This document shows positions 59,815-64,000 of a DNA stretch of 64,000 nucleotides, one piece after another. Below the pieces are notes generated by a model. That model saw nothing but the letters and a program-made list of their open reading frames with translations, had not been told where the DNA came from and made no database searches. Origin of the DNA: a virus; the IMG/VR virus record IMGVR_UViG_3300036945_001058. One strand, written 5' to 3'. Both the position numbers and the translations under genes were made by a program. The stretch's first letter is position 1, and each line of letters begins with the position of its first letter.

Positions 59815-60588
59815 TTAATAATCTACATCTATAGTTCGGTCTTTATCATCGTAAATTAATTGTTTATACGACATTTCACGGTTGTCGAGGTAATCTTGTA
59901 CGGTTTTTATGTTTTTAGCAGAACTTCTGTAGTAAATGCAGTCGGTCTTCCAACAAAAGAAATCTTTTCCGAGTAATTTAGAAATCTCGTACATCATATA
60001 AAAACAAGAAAAACGAATATCATCATATACCATTCGAAGTTGTTCGTCTTTTGGTTTGATAGTTATGTTTTCTACGTATTTACCATCTTCCCACACCTCA
60101 AAAACCTTATCCCTACCTAAAACAGATAATGTGGCAAGACGCAAAGGCTTTGCCATTTCATCAAGTCCGTAATTATAGGTTCTTTTTGAAATATAACCTT
60201 TTGAATATGCTATTCTCCAATAAGCGTGATTAAGGTCAGTGCCAGTTAAAGTTCCTTCTCGTAAATCATACGTATAAGAATAAAAAGTAACGTCTTTTTT
60301 TGGAGGTAATTCCACAAAAGGATTTTTTTTTAAAAATTTTTTCACATCACGAGCAACAAGATTGAAAAGAAAAACTTTTTTGCTTGAAAAATTTTTATTT
60401 TCTGTCGGGTAAATGTTATGGTTTCCGTCAAATATAAGTTCATTACATTCTGTTCCTCTACGAATCAGGAAATTCACTTTTCCTTCAAGTAAGTTTGTGT
60501 ACATTCTAGTCATTGGCACACGTTTGTAAGTTTGTTTTGTTTTTTTTTTGTTAGAATCCATAGTAAATAGTTCGTTGTTAAATTTCAC
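59815..60588 (-). CDS. minimal family B DNA polymerase-like (palm only) protein
   Basis: Motif A-like TDLNHAY, motif B-like RLATLSVLG, motif C-like KTDCIY; no exonuclease domain; start may be ATG 60561. Confidence 0.5.
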   Translation of the reverse strand: MKFNNELFTMDSNKKKTKQTYKRVPMTRMYTNLLEGKVNFLIRRGTECNELIFDGNHNIYPTENKNFSSKKVFLFNLVARDVKKFLKKNPFVELPPKKDVTFYSYTYDLREGTLTGTDLNHAYWRIAYSKGYISKRTYNYGLDEMAKPLRLATLSVLGRDKVFEVWEDGKYVENITIKPKDEQLRMVYDDIRFSCFYMMYEISKLLGKDFFCWKTDCIYYRSSAKNIKTVQDYLDNREMSYKQLIYDDKDRTIDVDY

Positions 60589-61537
60589 CTCCTTCTTTAA
60601 GATTTTTACCTAATTGGTCAAATCTTTCTGAAAATTGTTTCTTGGTTATTAGTTTTCTCTCTAAAAGACTTTCCAATTTATCAATTGCTTTATTGTATTC
60701 AGCAGTCCTATTTGCTTTTGAGTCTTCAATAATGGTTTGGTTTGTCTTCTCAACTTTAGGTATAGGTTTTAACTCTACTTTAGAAGGTAAATTAGTGTTT
60801 TTTACGTTCTTTTTTAAAAGTAATTTACGCTCTTCTTCTTTTTGCTTATTAAATAATTCTATACGCTCTCTTTCATCGACTGGCATTTGGTCTTTGGTTG
60901 TATATGAATTTCTAATTAGACGCTTTTTATTAACTGTTTCAAAAGCTAAAGAATTGTCAAAGGTTATTAGAATATAGTAATTACAACCAATTGTAGAATT
61001 ATCTTCTTCTCCTTCAATTAAAACAATAAAAAAAGAAATAATAGGAAAATATCCGCTTTTATTACTTACTTTACGCATGTCTTCACGTATTGAAATTAAG
61101 TTAGGTAATAATTCTTTTTTGATTACACCTGTCTTAGCAAAAACATTACCGTTAAACTCCAAGTCTAAATTCACCTTAACATCACTGTTCAAGATAGAAA
61201 CCTTATCATCAATGTCAAACCATTCAAAACTATCTAATAATTCTCCACTTATGGAAAATGGATTAAAACAAATTTCTCTTGATTTTGTATGGGTAGCTGT
61301 AGAGGTTTGTTTTACAAAAGAACTAATTGTTCCATCCAAAATACCAGTTACTTGAATATCAATATCAGTAACTTTTAATTTAGAAAGATTTTTAGTTCCT
61401 TTATACTTCTGAAAAATATTTTTAGAAGTCCACTTTTGCGCATCAGACCACTTCCAACCTAACTTGCGTTTTTTCGATACTTTATAAGCTCTTCTCGCAA
61501 GTTTGTTAAATAATTTAAGAGAATTATTCTTTTTCAT
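60578..61537 (-). CDS. hypothetical basic protein ending LKEGGEI
   Basis: 319 aa; Lys-rich termini; overlaps the PolB-like gene. Confidence 0.65.
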   Translation of the reverse strand: MKKNNSLKLFNKLARRAYKVSKKRKLGWKWSDAQKWTSKNIFQKYKGTKNLSKLKVTDIDIQVTGILDGTISSFVKQTSTATHTKSREICFNPFSISGELLDSFEWFDIDDKVSILNSDVKVNLDLEFNGNVFAKTGVIKKELLPNLISIREDMRKVSNKSGYFPIISFFIVLIEGEEDNSTIGCNYYILITFDNSLAFETVNKKRLIRNSYTTKDQMPVDERERIELFNKQKEEERKLLLKKNVKNTNLPSKVELKPIPKVEKTNQTIIEDSKANRTAEYNKAIDKLESLLERKLITKKQFSERFDQLGKNLKEGGEI

Positions 61538-61840
61538 TTAGACTGTTGGTTCAGGTTCAGGGACTTGGTAGTTCTTGTAATTATTAATTGTAGAAAGTGA
61601 AAGTTTGAACGCTTTTGCAGTAGCTACTAAAGAGTGATTTTTGCAATAATCAGCAATACTTTTCTTAAGGTCATTATCAATAGGGTAAACTTTTTTACCA
61701 GTGTCTACCATACCTGTATTTCGACAATGGTAATTGATTGTACCTCTTGAACAAGTGAGAATTTTTTGAATTTCTCTATAAGATTTGCCTTCGTTTCGTA
61801 ATTGAACTATGTTGTTTTTTAAATTTCTTTTTAATGACAT
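61538..61840 (-). CDS. double-HTH DNA-binding protein
   Basis: GKSYREIQKILTCSRGTINYH; LVATAKAFKLSLSTI. Confidence 0.7.
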   Translation of the reverse strand: MSLKRNLKNNIVQLRNEGKSYREIQKILTCSRGTINYHCRNTGMVDTGKKVYPIDNDLKKSIADYCKNHSLVATAKAFKLSLSTINNYKNYQVPEPEPTV

Positions 61841-61861
61841 AATGTTGTTGTTTATGAATAG

Positions 61862-61880
61862 GTTTATTGGTACAAATATA
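61862..61880 (-). promoter_or_regulatory. promoter TATATTTGTACCAATAAAC
   Basis: Identical to 54696-54714. Confidence 0.65.
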
Positions 61881-61950
61881 TGGTTTTTTTATAAAAAAAA
61901 GTGCAAATGCACTTAGTTTAAAAAAATTAAAAGCGTGTTAAATATCAAAA

Positions 61951-62181
61951 TTACTTATAGGGCTTTAAACTTATAGGGTCAAATGTAATGTCCATTAGAG
62001 ATTTAAAATAGTTAGAGGAAGAATTGTTTTCTGTATTATTTTGTTTTTCATCAGAAGTACCTAAGTCGTTTTTACTTAAAGAAATGTCTGGTTTTTGAAA
62101 AAAAGACCATACAAAAAAACTAATCGCCCCTAACGCAATTGCGCTACCTCCGTATAATAATAATATTTTTTTAGTATTCAT
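61951..62181 (-). CDS. N-terminally anchored membrane protein
   Basis: ILLLYGGSAIALGAISFFVWSFF. Confidence 0.65.
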   Translation of the reverse strand: MNTKKILLLYGGSAIALGAISFFVWSFFQKPDISLSKNDLGTSDEKQNNTENNSSSNYFKSLMDITFDPISLKPYK

Positions 62182-62366
62182 AATGGTTATGTTTAAACCT
62201 GTTAAAACAGTTTTTTTTTTAAGTTTGTTTTTTTTATATAAAAAAAAATTTATATTCTGCTAAATAAGGTTTTTTTATTGATTAATGCAAATTAATTTTT
62301 GTTATTTTTTTTTTTTTTATTTTTTATTTTAGAAACAGGATGACATAGTAGATTTATGGAAAAGTA

Positions 62367-62693
62367 CTAGCCATTACACAGAAAATACATCTCTGAATTA
62401 ATTCCTTTTTGTGTTTTAATAAGATTTTTGTTTTCTAACTCCTTAATATATACTTCAATATCAGTCCATTTAAAAAGGTTGTTTAGCTCAACAGAGGTAA
62501 CTCCGTTACTTCCATTACTTAAATTGTGTTTTTCTTTTACAGCTTGAAAAATAGTTCTTTTGATAAAGAAATCCTTAACGCTTTCAAAGTCTAATGAATT
62601 CAATGTTTTGAATTGAAATTCTTTTTCAGAGCCAAAATCTGAAGATGGTATAATTTCTCCATCCGTAGATATTATTGCACTTATTTTAGCCAT
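62367..62693 (-). CDS. hypothetical protein (possible winged-helix C-terminus)
   Basis: 108 aa ORF. Confidence 0.55.
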   Translation of the reverse strand: MAKISAIISTDGEIIPSSDFGSEKEFQFKTLNSLDFESVKDFFIKRTIFQAVKEKHNLSNGSNGVTSVELNNLFKWTDIEVYIKELENKNLIKTQKGINSEMYFLCNG

Positions 62694-62696
62694 AGT

Positions 62697-63171
62697 TTAA
62701 AAATTATATTTCATCTTCGTTGGAGTCTCCAAAAGTGGAATCCTGACATACTCTCGTGCATTTTTAAATGGAGATTTATCAAAGTTAACTCCGTGAGTAA
62801 CCGCTTCAATAATTTGTTTTTTTTTCTTTTTCTTTCAATCTTCCGCTATTTTAAACTTATACAATCTTGAACATTTACGTTTAAGGTTGCTGTTAAATTA
62901 ATGCTTTATTGAGATTCCGACAAATTATTTATCGGTGATTTAACCTCTCCACATCCGAGTTAAACGGTATAGCTTACCGCTTTTTTCTTTAAATTTAAAC
63001 TTGCATTCAAATCTCTATCCAATTCGTTTTTACATTCTTGGCATTTGAATATTCGTTCACTTAATTTCAATTCTTTTTTCTTAAACCCTTTTCCTCATTA
63101 AATCATCTTTTAAAATCTATAATGCTAAAAAATTCAGATGCTTTTACTATTTCGTCAATTACTGTTTTCAT
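62697..63171 (-). pseudogene. small phage gene broken by the TnpB remnant
   Basis: 5' part MKTVIDEIVKASEFFSIIDFKR*FNEEK; 3' part ...KQIIEAVTHG...AREY beyond the insert. Confidence 0.45.
62843..63088 (-). mobile_element. tnpB: 3' remnant of a tnpB gene plus element right end (IS607/IS605-like)
   Basis: GFKKKELKLSERIFKCQECKNELDRDLNASLNL...* (63088-62960), then noncoding sequence ending TGTATAAGTTTAAAATAGCGG. Confidence 0.75.
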
Positions 63172-63259
63172 ATTTTTATATTTAGTTTGTTAGCAAAAAA
63201 AAAACGAGAATAAATAGGTGACCAGCTTTAACGGTATATTTTTTTTGTTTTACCACTAT

Positions 63260-63320
63260 TGATAACTCGTTGATATACATTGTTTTGAACAGTTTAGTAG
63301 CGACAATTAAGGAGTTATGC
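63260..63320 (-). other. attC-like recombination site downstream of the methyltransferase cassette
   Basis: Minus strand GCATAAC (overlaps the stop codon) ... GTTATCA, with an ATAACTC/GAGTTAT inverted repeat. Confidence 0.55.
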
Positions 63321-63860
63321 GTAATGGCTACGATACGTTTCCAAATCAACAGACCCTTCTGCCTCGTTACCCCAAACGTCCCACCCCTGTTTTACGTCCC
63401 TTGCAAATAATTCTATTCGGTTTCCAGACGGATATATAGTATCAATTAAGTCCGCAAAATACTTTGGTTTTTTTGAGTGTTCGGTGCGTTCAATTGAAAC
63501 AACACTATCAAACAATTTCTTTATTTCAGGGGTGCAACTTCCTTTTGTGCATATCAATAAAAGTTCGTGCCTTACAGAATTATAATGTCCCATATTGTGT
63601 TTTATTTTATCCCAAACAAAGCTGCTTTTATAACTGAAACCCCACGCTTTTATCACAGCAAATGTTTCTTCAAGTAAAGGGCTTGTAGTCCAAATAAATA
63701 AAACAGCGTTATCTTCTATAAGGCACTTCACAGGTAAGTTGCAAAGTTCTTTTATTGTCATTGTTTTATAGTGTTTTACCGCACCTCCAAGTTTAGGTGT
63801 ATTTTGCTTATCGTTGTATTTCCAAGCAGGGTCTGCGTAAATTATTTTATATTTCTTCAT
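63315..63860 (-). CDS. MT-A70 family N6-adenine methyltransferase
   Basis: IIYADPAW, LFIWTT, WGF.YK...WDK, ELLLI..KG, HSKKP, IELFAR, GW..WGNE. Confidence 0.9.
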   Translation of the reverse strand: MKKYKIIYADPAWKYNDKQNTPKLGGAVKHYKTMTIKELCNLPVKCLIEDNAVLFIWTTSPLLEETFAVIKAWGFSYKSSFVWDKIKHNMGHYNSVRHELLLICTKGSCTPEIKKLFDSVVSIERTEHSKKPKYFADLIDTIYPSGNRIELFARDVKQGWDVWGNEAEGSVDLETYRSHYA

Positions 63861-63895
63861 ACTAATTGAGTTTATCGTTAATTAACCGCCACTAC

Positions 63896-63995
63896 GCATA
63901 ACAGCGGTTTTGTGCTATTTGCCCCATCAACATTTGTGGTAAACTTGAAACTTTGTGCAAGGGGCAAACAGACACAAAGCCGCGAAACGTTATAG
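63896..63995 (-). other. attC-like long imperfect palindrome upstream of the cassette
   Basis: CTATAAC...GTTATGC ends; nested inverted repeats GCGGTTTTGTG/CACAAAGCCGC and TTTGCCCC/GGGGCAAA. Confidence 0.7.
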
Positions 63996-64000
63996 CACAT

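Noticed and set aside
62697-63171. Group I intron (IStron) around the TnpB remnant
   Set aside because: No intron catalytic core or left end is visible; only the right-end fragment remains.

Overview
AT-rich, gene-dense viral DNA, with no rRNA, tRNA or CRISPR array recognisable by eye. The + strand (1-50.8 kb) is a virion, morphogenesis and lysis block. It holds two ~2000-codon polyproteins cut into modules by a repeated [FYML]-x-x-G-G motif, an A32/FtsK-type packaging ATPase, and two paralogous beta-rich capsid-protein candidates. It also holds about 50 short membrane-anchored proteins, several peptidoglycan enzymes, a holin/endolysin/spanin cassette, two spike-like repeat proteins and a sulfation/glycosylation module. 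The - strand (51-64 kb) converges on it and carries RecT, nucleases, DNA methyltransferases, a minimal PolB-like protein, a TnpB remnant and an integron-like gene cassette. No terminase, portal, HK97 capsid or tail genes were recognised. Best reading (inference): part of an unusually large (>64 kb) tailless, membrane-containing Varidnaviria-like virus. A Bacteroidota host is suggested by TAnnTTTG promoters, A-rich starts without Shine-Dalgarno sites and a SusC-type N-terminal domain. The virus appears to use Gly-directed proteolytic processing or tagging of virion proteins. All family calls come from motif recognition by eye; no searches were run.
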